Virus record (IMG/VR): IMGVR_UViG_3300033405_000002
Coordinates: 243,595 to 307,594 of that record
Origin: a virus
Taxonomy: Duplodnaviria > Heunggongvirae > Uroviricota > Caudoviricetes
DNA: 64,000 bases
Direction: 5' to 3' (one strand)
The notes under the pieces are model-generated. The model saw only the letters and a program-made list of their open reading frames with translations, searched no databases and was not told the origin of the DNA. Of the stretch, positions 46,395 through 55,313 are shown piece after piece. Made by a program: the position numbers and the translations under genes. Every line of letters begins with the position of its first letter. Position 1 is the stretch's first letter.

Positions 46395-47186
46395 TTGGCA
46401 CTTTCTCATGGCAGTCTGTTTAGCGGGATCGGCGGCATTGATCTCGGTCTGGAATGGGCTGGATTCGAAACAGCTTGGCAGGTAGAGAACAACGAATTCT
46501 GTAACCAAGTCCTTGAGAAACAGTGGCCCGGAGTTCAAAGATTCCTTGATGTCAGAAGCGTCGGAAAAGATAATCTCAAACCAGTCAACCTCATCAGCGG
46601 CGGTTTCCCCTGCCAAGACATCAGCATCGGAGCGCAGTTCAAAGAACGTGGACTCGGCGGCTCCCGCAGCGGACTCTGGGTCGAATACGCCCGCATCGTC
46701 CGAGAGCTACAACCAGCTTGGGTGCTCGTTGAGAACGTTCCTAACCTCAAGGATTTCGGCGCTGACATCGTTATCTCTGACTTGGAAGCAGCAGGCTACT
46801 CCTGTTGGACGAGCGTGGTGGGTGTTGACGCCTTCAAAGCACCGTTCAAAAGACACCGCGTTTTCATCCTCGCGCATCACAACTCCCACGGCACTCGGAG
46901 TATTGGAGAAGGAATGGCCGCAGGATGGACGCTTTCACCTGAATGCCAGAGGGCGCTGGCGCAAGCGTGCCAAGACTGGAATTACTGGCAGCATGAACTG
47001 GGCGCAGGAAATGCTCGTTCGATCAGTGGTGCAGAAGAATCCGAATCTGATTCCTACGCCAGAGGTCTGCGAACAATTTATGGGGTTCCCGACGGGCTGG
47101 ACAGACTTAAAGCGTTAGGCAACGCTTGCACCCCGGTGATTCCTGCTATAATTGGATCATTCATCCAGAATTACGAGAAGGTGTGA
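46395..47186 (+). CDS. DNA cytosine-5 methyltransferase (alpha polypeptide)
   Basis: TTG start with GGAGGG; SLFSGIGG (I), GGFPCQ (IV), ENV (VI), HRVF (VIII), RLKALGNA (X); motif IX absent. Confidence 0.92.
   Translation: MALSHGSLFSGIGGIDLGLEWAGFETAWQVENNEFCNQVLEKQWPGVQRFLDVRSVGKDNLKPVNLISGGFPCQDISIGAQFKERGLGGSRSGLWVEYARIVRELQPAWVLVENVPNLKDFGADIVISDLEAAGYSCWTSVVGVDAFKAPFKRHRVFILAHHNSHGTRSIGEGMAAGWTLSPECQRALAQACQDWNYWQHELGAGNARSISGAEESESDSYARGLRTIYGVPDGLDRLKALGNACTPVIPAIIGSFIQNYEKV
46549..47118 (+). CDS. Overprinted C5-MTase beta polypeptide (supplies motif IX)
   Basis: Alternate-frame ORF 46513-47118 nested in the MTase gene, ending PTPEVCEQFMGFPTGWTDL; start uncertain. Confidence 0.7.
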   Translation: MSEASEKIISNQSTSSAAVSPAKTSASERSSKNVDSAAPAADSGSNTPASSESYNQLGCSLRTFLTSRISALTSLSLTWKQQATPVGRAWWVLTPSKHRSKDTAFSSSRITTPTALGVLEKEWPQDGRFHLNARGRWRKRAKTGITGSMNWAQEMLVRSVVQKNPNLIPTPEVCEQFMGFPTGWTDLKR

Positions 47187-47356
47187 TGGACATGTTTGAG
47201 CAGTACGAAAAGGAAATGGAAGAGTTCAAACATCAACAGGGCTGCTCGGTCAAATTCAATGGCGAGCCGTGTGGCAAAGAAGGCTTCTGCATAGTCAACG
47301 GGGAATGGGTTTGCGTTGAGTGCTGGGAGCGAATCAAAACAAGACTGGACGCATGA
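47186..47356 (+). CDS. Small Zn-binding hypothetical protein
   Basis: Coupled start TGATG; Cys pairs C..C and CVEC. Confidence 0.6.
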   Translation: MDMFEQYEKEMEEFKHQQGCSVKFNGEPCGKEGFCIVNGEWVCVECWERIKTRLDA

Positions 47357-47523
47357 AAACAAAAACGCAATTCGATGCCGCAACCAGCATCCCGCTTCGG
47401 CGCGTGCTGGAAATCTTGGACGAGATTTTCCCCCATCAACCGACACCGTTCGCGGATCAGGGCGGCTGCGCACCGTTGTGCAAGCGCTGCAAGCTTGACC
47501 GCAAGCTCTTCAAACTGTTATAA
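47353..47523 (+). CDS. Small hypothetical protein
   Basis: ATGA-type overlap with the previous gene. Confidence 0.55.
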   Translation: MKTKTQFDAATSIPLRRVLEILDEIFPHQPTPFADQGGCAPLCKRCKLDRKLFKLL

Positions 47524-47559
47524 TCAAACCAGAAAAGGACTGAGAACCGGACTCAGTAC

Positions 47560-47594
47560 GGGCGGCTAGGCTTAGGCTTGGGTCGCCCTTTTTT
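47560..47594 (+). terminator. Probable terminator
   Basis: GGGCGGC...GTCGCCC followed by TTTTTT. Confidence 0.5.
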
Positions 47595-47635
47595 AACGTC
47601 GCTGTAACATGTCTTCGCATCTAATTAGTAAGGAC

Positions 47636-48406
47636 ATGATTTGTGAAACGCTAATCGTGAGCGACGTTCATCTCGGCTCCAACCTTTCGTTGGCAGCCGA
47701 TCTTCTGCATCTTTTGAAAAATTCCCATTTCAAACGCCTTATCCTTCTCGGTGACATCTTCCAAGACCTCAATTTCTCTCGGCTCACCCGCGAGCACTGG
47801 AAATTGATCTCGTACATTCGCAAGCTGAGCAACCCGAAGCGCGGTGTTGAAGTTGTGTGGGTGGAAGGAAACCACGACGCCGGAGTCACAGAAGTCATGG
47901 AGCACCTGCTAGGCGTCAAAGTTTATCAGGAATACACATGGCAGTGGAATGGCGAGACATGCCTTGCGATGCACGGTCATCAGTTCGATAAGCTGTGGGC
48001 GCATGGGGCCCCTGTTGTCGGGAGCATTTTCACACCATTTTACCTTTGGTTTCAGCACATCAACTTTTTGAAGAAGTGGCTCCCCCGGCTGCTGGACAAA
48101 TTTCACACGCATTGGGAACGGTTAGACATGAAGGTTGCGGACGGAGCTTTGCGGCACGCCCGCCATGTTGGTGCGCGGTATGTGTTTTGCGGTCACACGC
48201 ATAACCCTTACCATGAAATCCGAGACAATGTAGAGTATTGGAACACGGGCGACTGGGTTGGCACGTCTCAGTACGGCACCTACATCACTTTAACAAACAA
48301 GGTTGAATCTCATGAATACCGAACTGACGATTGTCATCCCAGCGAAGAACGAAGCATCGAACATCGGGAACTTGCTGAAGTCAATAGCACGGCAAACGTA
48401 TCTTAA
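47636..48406 (+). CDS. LpxH-like calcineurin-type metallophosphoesterase
   Basis: SDVHLG, LGDIF, GNHD, HGHQFD, GHTH motifs; ATG 47636 with AAGGA. Confidence 0.88.
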   Translation: MICETLIVSDVHLGSNLSLAADLLHLLKNSHFKRLILLGDIFQDLNFSRLTREHWKLISYIRKLSNPKRGVEVVWVEGNHDAGVTEVMEHLLGVKVYQEYTWQWNGETCLAMHGHQFDKLWAHGAPVVGSIFTPFYLWFQHINFLKKWLPRLLDKFHTHWERLDMKVADGALRHARHVGARYVFCGHTHNPYHEIRDNVEYWNTGDWVGTSQYGTYITLTNKVESHEYRTDDCHPSEERSIEHRELAEVNSTANVS

Positions 48407-49034
48407 GACGCGTCGTCCTGAAATCATCCTTGCCGATGCTGGCTCAGCCGATGACACCGCACGTGCCGCCCATAACGCTGCTTGGCTCTACGGTCTGAGA
48501 CTGACTTGCACGCACGGCGGGCTTCCGGCAGTTGGGCGCAACGTTGGCGCTCGACTCGCAAAAACCCGCTACTTGCTTTTCCTTGACGCGGATGTCCAAC
48601 TCGAAGACCCTGAATTTGTAGAGACCGCGATCAACACAATGCGAGCGAAAGGCTTGCACTGCGTAACCACGGACATCCATTGCCCCACCGGGAAGTGGCG
48701 ATCTAAGCTGGCGTACTTCGTCAACAACATTTACCAACGAATCAGTCGTTTCGGCGGCACGCCGTTTGCAACCGGGATGTGCATGTTTTTTGATCGCAAG
48801 ATGTTCGAGCAACTGGGCGGGTTCAACGAAAAAGCACTCTTCGCCGAAGACTACATGCTTTCCAAACAAGTCAACTGGAAGCGCTTCCGCGTCATTCGTG
48901 GCGGCGTAGCAACATCTGATCGTCGCATGGCGAAGATGGGCTATTGGGGTCTGGCTAAACTCTTCCTTTACACCGCTGCCTTCTCTCACCGCGAGTCTAC
49001 TTTCACCAAAGATCACGGCTACTGGAAAAGTTGA
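48312..49034 (+). CDS. Glycosyltransferase family 2
   Basis: TIVIPAKNE, DAGSADDT, GRNVGA, FLDAD, AED motifs. Confidence 0.9.
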   Translation: MNTELTIVIPAKNEASNIGNLLKSIARQTYLKTRRPEIILADAGSADDTARAAHNAAWLYGLRLTCTHGGLPAVGRNVGARLAKTRYLLFLDADVQLEDPEFVETAINTMRAKGLHCVTTDIHCPTGKWRSKLAYFVNNIYQRISRFGGTPFATGMCMFFDRKMFEQLGGFNEKALFAEDYMLSKQVNWKRFRVIRGGVATSDRRMAKMGYWGLAKLFLYTAAFSHRESTFTKDHGYWKS

Positions 49035-49114
49035 GTTATTTGAGCCTAAGAACCCCCTAAAATCCCCAATGACATAAGCAAAAGACTATGGGAATCTCCA
49101 ATAGGAGGCTTCCT

Positions 49115-49255
49115 ATGTTCAGTCTTATCAAGCTTGCAATTGACCTTGCTACAGCCGTCGCGATCTTTTGCGCGGGCGTAAAAGTAGGCGACGATTTTCC
49201 CAATTTTGCCACGAAAGTTAACAGCTTCGTGACATGGGTGATCTCGAAACTCTAA
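49115..49255 (+). CDS. 46-aa membrane protein
   Basis: MFSLIKLAIDLATAVAIFCAGVKVG...; RBS AGGAGG; stop overlaps the next ATG. Confidence 0.65.
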   Translation: MFSLIKLAIDLATAVAIFCAGVKVGDDFPNFATKVNSFVTWVISKL

Positions 49256-49479
49256 TGCCGGAACTCGTTGACCAGTACGGCAAAAAGCTTGCCGGGGACG
49301 CTGTTGTAGCCGAAAGCTGGATTCGCAGAAATCTGGTCAAGCTGCACATCGGGGCAATCGCAACGGGTTGGGGTGTTTTCGAGTGGCTGGCACCGATAGC
49401 AGCCAACAAGGTTCATCAGTTTGTTCTGCACATTTTTTGGGGAGATTTTGTTCACAAACTCTTCCACATAGCGAAGTAA
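49255..49479 (+). CDS. Small hydrophobic protein
   Basis: TAATG coupling; amphipathic/hydrophobic helices. Confidence 0.6.
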   Translation: MPELVDQYGKKLAGDAVVAESWIRRNLVKLHIGAIATGWGVFEWLAPIAANKVHQFVLHIFWGDFVHKLFHIAK

Positions 49480-49492
49480 GAGGAAAACAATT

Positions 49493-50245
49493 ATGGCATT
49501 CACAGCGATTCCGAACACACCAGCAATCACGTTGCAGCCCACAGGTCCGGCAGGCCCAACATCCCTGAACCCGGTGTACTCCGCAACTGACCCCACCAAC
49601 GGGAACTATTTCACGGCAACGGGCCGCGATCTCGTGACGTTCTATTGCTATCCGACAACGACCGCACCAGCTTGGCTTGCTACGAGCAACTACACTGTTG
49701 GTGCAGTGGTAAACTTCGCTGGCGAAAACGCCTCGATTACGAACGTAGCCATTGCAACTAATGTGGCAACGCTCACCGCGATCAACGCCTTCACAGTCGG
49801 TGAAGTGGTTAACCTTTCGGGTCTCACCACAGCAACGTTCTTGAATGGACAAGTTGTCACGGTCACAGGTTCAACGGGCACGACATTCACATTCACCTTC
49901 GCTCACGCTGATTATCCATCGGCGGCGGATACAGGAAGTGTTACCAACACAGCGGGGGCGTTCATCGCTACCGCAGCCAGTGGCCCCAACAATGGCGGCG
50001 CTCGCAACCCACACACTCCGGCGTACTGGTCAGCTTATGTTGATGCTGACGCGACTGTCACGCTTTACTCCGCACCGGACATGTGTACAGGACGCAAGTC
50101 TGACGTAGACGGCTATGATGTCCCGCTTGGTGCAGGTTCGGTTGAGTTCTTGGTATTACCATCGTCCGTCTTCACTCAGGCGAATGGACAAGTTCAATTC
50201 CTGACTAGCAGCAACCTCATCTACGTGTACGTCCGTAGCTTATAA
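49493..50245 (+). CDS. Virion structural protein
   Basis: 250 aa Thr/Ala-rich; FLNGQ beta repeat; RBS GAGGA. Confidence 0.7.
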   Translation: MAFTAIPNTPAITLQPTGPAGPTSLNPVYSATDPTNGNYFTATGRDLVTFYCYPTTTAPAWLATSNYTVGAVVNFAGENASITNVAIATNVATLTAINAFTVGEVVNLSGLTTATFLNGQVVTVTGSTGTTFTFTFAHADYPSAADTGSVTNTAGAFIATAASGPNNGGARNPHTPAYWSAYVDADATVTLYSAPDMCTGRKSDVDGYDVPLGAGSVEFLVLPSSVFTQANGQVQFLTSSNLIYVYVRSL

Positions 50246-50261
50246 ATAGTCAGGAGCAGGA

Positions 50262-51737
50262 ATGGCACAACAAAACGCAATCATCAACGGCAGTCTTACA
50301 TTCACCGGAACATCCGCTGGATCAGTGGTTATTCAGGCGCAGTCGCTTGGCAGCAATCTAACGCTCAACCTGCCGAACACGCTCCCCGTTCAGAATCAGC
50401 TTCTTAGCGTCGCCAGCGTCGCTGGCAATCTAGTGACACTTAGCTGGGCAAGCCCATCGTCACAGGGCAGCGGCGGCGGGAGTGGCACCGTCACGAGTGT
50501 GGCTCTTACGGCCCCAGCCATTTTCTCCGTAGCGGGTTCCCCGGTTACGACAAGCGGCACACTGGCACTAACTCTTGCCACTCAAAGCGCGAACACCGTT
50601 TGGGCAGGTCCGGCAACGGGCGCTGCTGCGGCACCCACCTTCCGCGCCTTGGTTGCGGCTGACATTCCTGCTCTGCCGTACCTCAGCAACACAACAGTTT
50701 TGGCAGGTAGCATCGGTCCTGTCACGCACCAGTGGGTGAACACCTACAACGCCAGCACCGGGGCGTTCACGACTTCACAACCTCAATTCTCAGACATCGC
50801 CGGATCACTTTCGTTATCGGTTCTTTCGTCTGGGGGTGCGAGCACAGGTCAAGTTTTGACGTACAACGGAACCGCATGGGCACCAGCCGCAGGCGGCGGC
50901 GGGGCGGTCTCAAGCGTCTTCGGGCGCACGGGTGCGGTCGTTGCAACTTCCGGCGATTACACGGTGGATCAAGTCACAGGTGCGGCTCCGCTGGCGTCCC
51001 CGACGTTTACAGGCACGATCAACGGCGGCGCGGCGAACTTCGCTCAACTCCAAGCCAGCGGTTTGAACTCAACTGGCACAGGCTTTGAGATTCTGGATTC
51101 ATCCACCACTGGTTTGTCTATCGTGGAAGAAGGCACGGGCGGAATCAGCGTCCAAGCCAGCACAGGCGGCTTCTCAATCAACACCACGAGCGGCGTGTAT
51201 GCGTTTGACGTTGAAGGCAACGGAATGTCACTCGCTACAGGCAATGGCACGATCACCATTAGCAACACTGGTGCTATCGGACTTTCCCCGTTCACCGGAC
51301 AGGGAGTTACGATCAGCGGCTCTTTGACCACGCCGGACGGCGTAACCTACGCAACCACGGCACCGACCACTGGTCAAGTGCTGACAGCAACGAGTGCTAC
51401 GGCGGCTCATTGGGCAACCCCGGCAAGCGGTCCAACGCTTTATGACTCGCAAGGTGACGCGGCGGCAGCGGGTGACAACCACATCGCCTCCGGCACAGCA
51501 ACACTCAGCGCGGGAACGGCAACCGTATCTCTCACTGGCGCGTCAGCTTTCGCCAACTACTACGTTGTGCAGTTGACTTACGGTTCGGCACCGGGCGGCA
51601 CGCCTCCGGCTGTTCTGTACCCCACGGCTCAGACAGGCTCCGGCTTCACAATCAACTCCACAGACGCCACGGACAGCACCAGTGTCATCAACTGGACCGC
51701 AATCGGCACAGGTCATCACAGCGCACCAGCGAGCTAA
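50262..51737 (+). CDS. Tail fibre-like protein
   Basis: VSSVFGRTGAVV, APLASPTFTG and TGQVLT...W repeats typical of tail fibres. Confidence 0.75.
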   Translation: MAQQNAIINGSLTFTGTSAGSVVIQAQSLGSNLTLNLPNTLPVQNQLLSVASVAGNLVTLSWASPSSQGSGGGSGTVTSVALTAPAIFSVAGSPVTTSGTLALTLATQSANTVWAGPATGAAAAPTFRALVAADIPALPYLSNTTVLAGSIGPVTHQWVNTYNASTGAFTTSQPQFSDIAGSLSLSVLSSGGASTGQVLTYNGTAWAPAAGGGGAVSSVFGRTGAVVATSGDYTVDQVTGAAPLASPTFTGTINGGAANFAQLQASGLNSTGTGFEILDSSTTGLSIVEEGTGGISVQASTGGFSINTTSGVYAFDVEGNGMSLATGNGTITISNTGAIGLSPFTGQGVTISGSLTTPDGVTYATTAPTTGQVLTATSATAAHWATPASGPTLYDSQGDAAAAGDNHIASGTATLSAGTATVSLTGASAFANYYVVQLTYGSAPGGTPPAVLYPTAQTGSGFTINSTDATDSTSVINWTAIGTGHHSAPAS

Positions 51738-51765
51738 ACCTAGCCTTTTGTACATGATCTAAAGT

Positions 51766-51799
51766 AACGGCTACCGCCTCAAAACGGTAGCCGTTTTTG
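51766..51799 (+). terminator. Rho-independent terminator
   Basis: AACGGCTACCG-cctcaaaa-CGGTAGCCGTT-TTT. Confidence 0.85.
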
Positions 51800-51817
51800 C
51801 TTTCCGCGCCGTATCCT

Positions 51818-51994
51818 ATGAGCATGGAAAAAGAAACCACACCCCGGAAAGTTCGCTCCGTCCGCCGCCTGTTCAGCCCTGACGCCAAGTGTCAAGCCTG
51901 CCCGTTTCTCGGAACGCCAGAAGAACCAGTTTGGGAGATGACTTTCGAAGACGGCACGGTCAAAAAGCTGCATGGAGATTGCCAAAAGGCGTAA
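51818..51994 (+). CDS. Small hypothetical protein
   Basis: CxxC...HxxC pattern; start uncertain. Confidence 0.45.
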   Translation: MSMEKETTPRKVRSVRRLFSPDAKCQACPFLGTPEEPVWEMTFEDGTVKKLHGDCQKA

Positions 51995-52082
51995 TTCTGA
52001 GTATTAGGCCTCTGAAATCGACAATAAAGACATCGGAAATTCAACTTTTCCGACTTCGTGACATCAATTTTAGAGGTGCCTT

Positions 52083-52853
52083 ATGGCAAAAGCTAAGCAA
52101 CAGGCTTCGAAAACCCCCAAAAAGCGGTCTACGAAGTATTCCAAACTCGCGGCGGTCTGCTCGAAAGAGCTTGCCGCAAAGAAGAAAGCTCTCGTCCTAG
52201 CGGAGAAACGGCTTGCAAAGGCTCAGAAGACGCACACAGACCTTTTGAGCGAGGTAGCACGCCTTGACATGCTGGATCGCTCTCTACGAGCCGTAAACGA
52301 AGGGCTAGAGCCACCCCAGAACGTGAAGTACGTCTACACCTACCCGCAATGGGTCTGGAACCCGTACCCGAACCAGTGGTGGTATCCAACCTACACCTAT
52401 CCCGGCACGTACACGGTCACCCTTGGCGCGACGAACCTTCAGACCACTCCCACGGTCTATAACAACGGCGGCGTCACGCTAGGCAACATCCAAGCAACGT
52501 CTGGGCAGTTCAACTGCACAACAACAGGCGTCAACGCCGTCAACACGGTCACGACCACCGGATGCAGCGATTACAACTCGTCCAGCGGTTTGATCTCCAA
52601 CGACAGCGGGATAAGCGGTCAGTTGTTAACGTGTTCGAACTCAGGCGGTCTCGCATGGCAGTCAGCGCCAGCCCTTAGCGGGGGCGACACGGTGAGCTTC
52701 ACCAATAGCGTACCAGCTACGGTCACGTCAACGGCTGATCTCGTGGTGGATTTATCCACCGGAGCCACGGCCGATGGCGAGTGTGACGGCTATTGCGAAC
52801 CCGCATGTGAAAAGTGTGCGGTTGAAGCAGAACCCGTGGGGCACGGCGGCTAA
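52083..52853 (+). CDS. Hypothetical protein (basic coiled coil, Tyr/Pro/Trp segment, Thr-rich tail)
   Basis: 256 aa, RBS GAGGTG. Confidence 0.75.
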   Translation: MAKAKQQASKTPKKRSTKYSKLAAVCSKELAAKKKALVLAEKRLAKAQKTHTDLLSEVARLDMLDRSLRAVNEGLEPPQNVKYVYTYPQWVWNPYPNQWWYPTYTYPGTYTVTLGATNLQTTPTVYNNGGVTLGNIQATSGQFNCTTTGVNAVNTVTTTGCSDYNSSSGLISNDSGISGQLLTCSNSGGLAWQSAPALSGGDTVSFTNSVPATVTSTADLVVDLSTGATADGECDGYCEPACEKCAVEAEPVGHGG

Positions 52854-52871
52854 ACTTTCCGTCTCCTAAGT

Positions 52872-53171
52872 ATGGAACTTCGGGGCGAGCATTTCTGGCA
52901 TCGTGCGGCAAAGGATCACCCGTCGTGGGACGATTACTACTGCGCAGGCTGGGGGCTTGACCCCGATTTTCACCGGGAGCGGAACATGTTCAATCCATAC
53001 GACGCCGAATTGCCAGACGAGCCGTTGTTCTACACCAGCACGCATCATCCGCTCGATTTCTCCTGCCAGTGCAAGTATTGTGTCCGCTTGCACACCATCA
53101 CAATGCAAGATCGCGACTTTCTTGATACTATTGGAGTAGCATGGCGCGAGAAGACTTCCGATACACCGTAG
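52872..53171 (+). CDS. Hypothetical protein
   Basis: 99 aa ORF in a dense small-gene cluster. Confidence 0.55.
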   Translation: MELRGEHFWHRAAKDHPSWDDYYCAGWGLDPDFHRERNMFNPYDAELPDEPLFYTSTHHPLDFSCQCKYCVRLHTITMQDRDFLDTIGVAWREKTSDTP

Positions 53172-53410
53172 CCGACGAAAGCCGCTTCTGTTACTACACT
53201 CGGTATTCAATGACAGGGGAAGGGTACTATTACCCTCCAAAAGAGGCTTGGGATTTGTGCTGCCCGAAGTGCGGTGAAGACCGGATCGCAATTTTAGAAG
53301 AGGCAGATGGAACGAAGATGCACTTGGACGATGTGGCCCAGTGCTGGATGTGCAAACACGTATTCAAAGTCACGGAGAATTGTTGGAAATGGCGCAAGAC
53401 GAAGAACTAG
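53141..53410 (+). CDS. Zn-ribbon protein
   Basis: CPKCG...CWMCKH...TENCWK. Confidence 0.65.
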   Translation: MAREDFRYTVADESRFCYYTRYSMTGEGYYYPPKEAWDLCCPKCGEDRIAILEEADGTKMHLDDVAQCWMCKHVFKVTENCWKWRKTKN

Positions 53411-53649
53411 ACGGACACGAACTAACACTGGACGAGATTCGCGAGCGTGCCTCGTTCTGCATGGCAACGAAGGTTGAAGAAGACGGTGAAGTCTACGACT
53501 TAAACTGCCCGAAGTGCGGCTGTGATAAAATCGTATGTAAGAACCCCGATCTGGGCGAGAAAGCACGTTGCTACGAGTGCGGCCACGAGTTCACCATCAC
53601 CGAAAATTGCTGGAAGTACACTCACAAACTTGATCTTGAGGAAGAATGA
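53389..53649 (+). CDS. Zn-ribbon protein (paralog of the previous gene)
   Basis: CPKCG...CYECGH...TENCWK. Confidence 0.7.
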   Translation: MAQDEELDGHELTLDEIRERASFCMATKVEEDGEVYDLNCPKCGCDKIVCKNPDLGEKARCYECGHEFTITENCWKYTHKLDLEEE

Positions 53650-53864
53650 AACACGTCTATCGACACTATGGAAACCTTGGCGTCACGATCTGTCAGAACT
53701 GCGCCAAGTTCAAAGCCGACATCGAAGCTGAGCACCACTACGTCTTCGAGCACGGTTACTGCGATCCGCCGCACTGCCCTCGCTGTCAGGCTGAAGTGTG
53801 CCAACCTACTGATCCTGCTAATCTTAGTCAGTTCGTAAAAACTGAACCGCAAGACATTCTTTAG
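53646..53864 (+). CDS. Small Cys/His-rich protein
   Basis: ATGA overlap; CQNC and CPRC. Confidence 0.6.
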   Translation: MKHVYRHYGNLGVTICQNCAKFKADIEAEHHYVFEHGYCDPPHCPRCQAEVCQPTDPANLSQFVKTEPQDIL

Positions 53865-53877
53865 TCATCTAAGAGAC

Positions 53878-54144
53878 ATGACCGAAGTTTACGAAGGTGG
53901 TAGCTTCGTCCGCAACTGGCTCATCGACACGTTGACCAAAGATGTCGTGACCGGGAAACCCGTCTGGTTCACCTTGCTCGTTCTGTCATCACTGCTTGGC
54001 GGCTGGATGTTCGCGACCACCGGAAGTTGGCTTGAAGCGATCCGCTGGGACATACTCGGCTTTTTCCTGCTCTGGTTTCTGACGAAGATTGCCGAACAGG
54101 TTGCTATCGTCATTGTTAAAGTTCTGCTCCTAATCATCCCTTAA
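53878..54144 (+). CDS. Small membrane protein (2-3 TM)
   Basis: Hydrophobic segments VWFTLLVLSSLLGGWMF and ILGFFLLWFL. Confidence 0.7.
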   Translation: MTEVYEGGSFVRNWLIDTLTKDVVTGKPVWFTLLVLSSLLGGWMFATTGSWLEAIRWDILGFFLLWFLTKIAEQVAIVIVKVLLLIIP

Positions 54145-54159
54145 TGCGTATTGGATAAC

Positions 54160-54333
54160 ATGTCCAAACGCAAGACCGCACGCGAAACCATCCTTGCCTT
54201 CATTGATGAAGTAATGGCTGAGACCGTAGCCGCGCACGAAGAATTGTGCGTAGACCTTCAGTGTTCCGTTGAGAAACCATGTCCCTATTGCCATCTCAGT
54301 GAAGTCATGATGAAGGTTCTCGCCAAATACTGA
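54160..54333 (+). CDS. Small hypothetical protein
   Basis: ATG 54160; C...C...CPYC. Confidence 0.55.
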   Translation: MSKRKTARETILAFIDEVMAETVAAHEELCVDLQCSVEKPCPYCHLSEVMMKVLAKY

Positions 54334-54343
54334 AACCCTTTAC

Positions 54344-54796
54344 ATGGCGAGAAAAGGTCAGGAATTCACGTGGAAAAACTTCCCCCGGCGCAAGACAGCG
54401 GCGGGTTGGCATTGTCGTAAGTGCGGTGTGGTGCTAACAGGCCGCAAAACTTCATGGTGCAGTAAGGACTGTCTCAAGGCGGTTCTACTTCTGGTAGATT
54501 GGAACACGATCCGCAACAAGGTGAGGCGGCGCGACAAATGGCGTTGCCAAATGCCGCTTCCGGGCGGCGGAATCTGCGGTCAACCTGCTTCGGATGTTGA
54601 CCACATCATTGAACTTCAGGATGGCGGCAGCTTCCATGACCTTGCCAATTTACGCTCGCTCTGTTACGAATGCCATAAAGCGAAAACAGCCGCTTGCCGT
54701 AAAATTCGTGCAATGAAGAAAAAGATCGAAAAACTTGAGAAAGCCAGTATCAAAGCAATGGAGACCAGTGAACATGACCAACTTCAGCAAAATTAA
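54344..54796 (+). CDS. HNH endonuclease
   Basis: RRRDKWRCQ...VDHIIELQDGG...NLRSLCYECHKAKT plus an N-terminal Zn finger. Confidence 0.9.
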   Translation: MARKGQEFTWKNFPRRKTAAGWHCRKCGVVLTGRKTSWCSKDCLKAVLLLVDWNTIRNKVRRRDKWRCQMPLPGGGICGQPASDVDHIIELQDGGSFHDLANLRSLCYECHKAKTAACRKIRAMKKKIEKLEKASIKAMETSEHDQLQQN

Positions 54797-55070
54797 AATC
54801 GGCGCGTATTTCGAAGCCGGGGACGAAAAGTTCAAGAAGACATCCGAGTTGACCTACGATGACATGGCGGGCATCGAACGATACATTGATCCGTTCTTCG
54901 ACAAGAAGATCGGGCAGGCCGCCAAAGTCACCACGATTGACACTAGTGCCAAGATCGCGCCGCCTCCCGGCCCGATTGATGTCAGCGCCAAGGTGGTTTC
55001 AACCACGGGCGAGACAGGCAAGTCCAAGACCAAGAAAGCCAAGAAGTCCACGAAGAAAACAAAGAAGTAA
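54774..55070 (+). CDS. Hypothetical protein with Lys-rich tail
   Basis: ATG 54774 with GGAG upstream. Confidence 0.65.
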   Translation: MTNFSKIKIGAYFEAGDEKFKKTSELTYDDMAGIERYIDPFFDKKIGQAAKVTTIDTSAKIAPPPGPIDVSAKVVSTTGETGKSKTKKAKKSTKKTKK

Positions 55071-55303
55071 TGCACGGACCTTGGGACACGCACGTACCTT
55101 GCGCAGATTGCGGGAAAGACCTTGCCTTCTGTTCTTGCTACAAGCCGGAAGAAGTTCGCGCTGAGCCACAATACTGTGGCGACTGCTTTTGGAAACGCTA
55201 CAACACTCAATTGGTCGAGGGCGCACATAAAGAGTGCGGTGTGGTAAAATGTCCATTGAATGGTGTTGAGTTCCACGAGCACACAGCATTATCACGGGGC
55301 TAA
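55070..55303 (+). CDS. Small Zn-binding protein
   Basis: TAATG coupling; CADC, CGDC. Confidence 0.6.
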   Translation: MHGPWDTHVPCADCGKDLAFCSCYKPEEVRAEPQYCGDCFWKRYNTQLVEGAHKECGVVKCPLNGVEFHEHTALSRG

Positions 55304-55313
55304 CGGAGATAAA

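Noticed and set aside
40131-49479. A defined lysis cassette from the small membrane proteins (40131, 43429, 49115, 49255)
   Set aside because: They are scattered, with no endolysin or lipoprotein spanin signature nearby.
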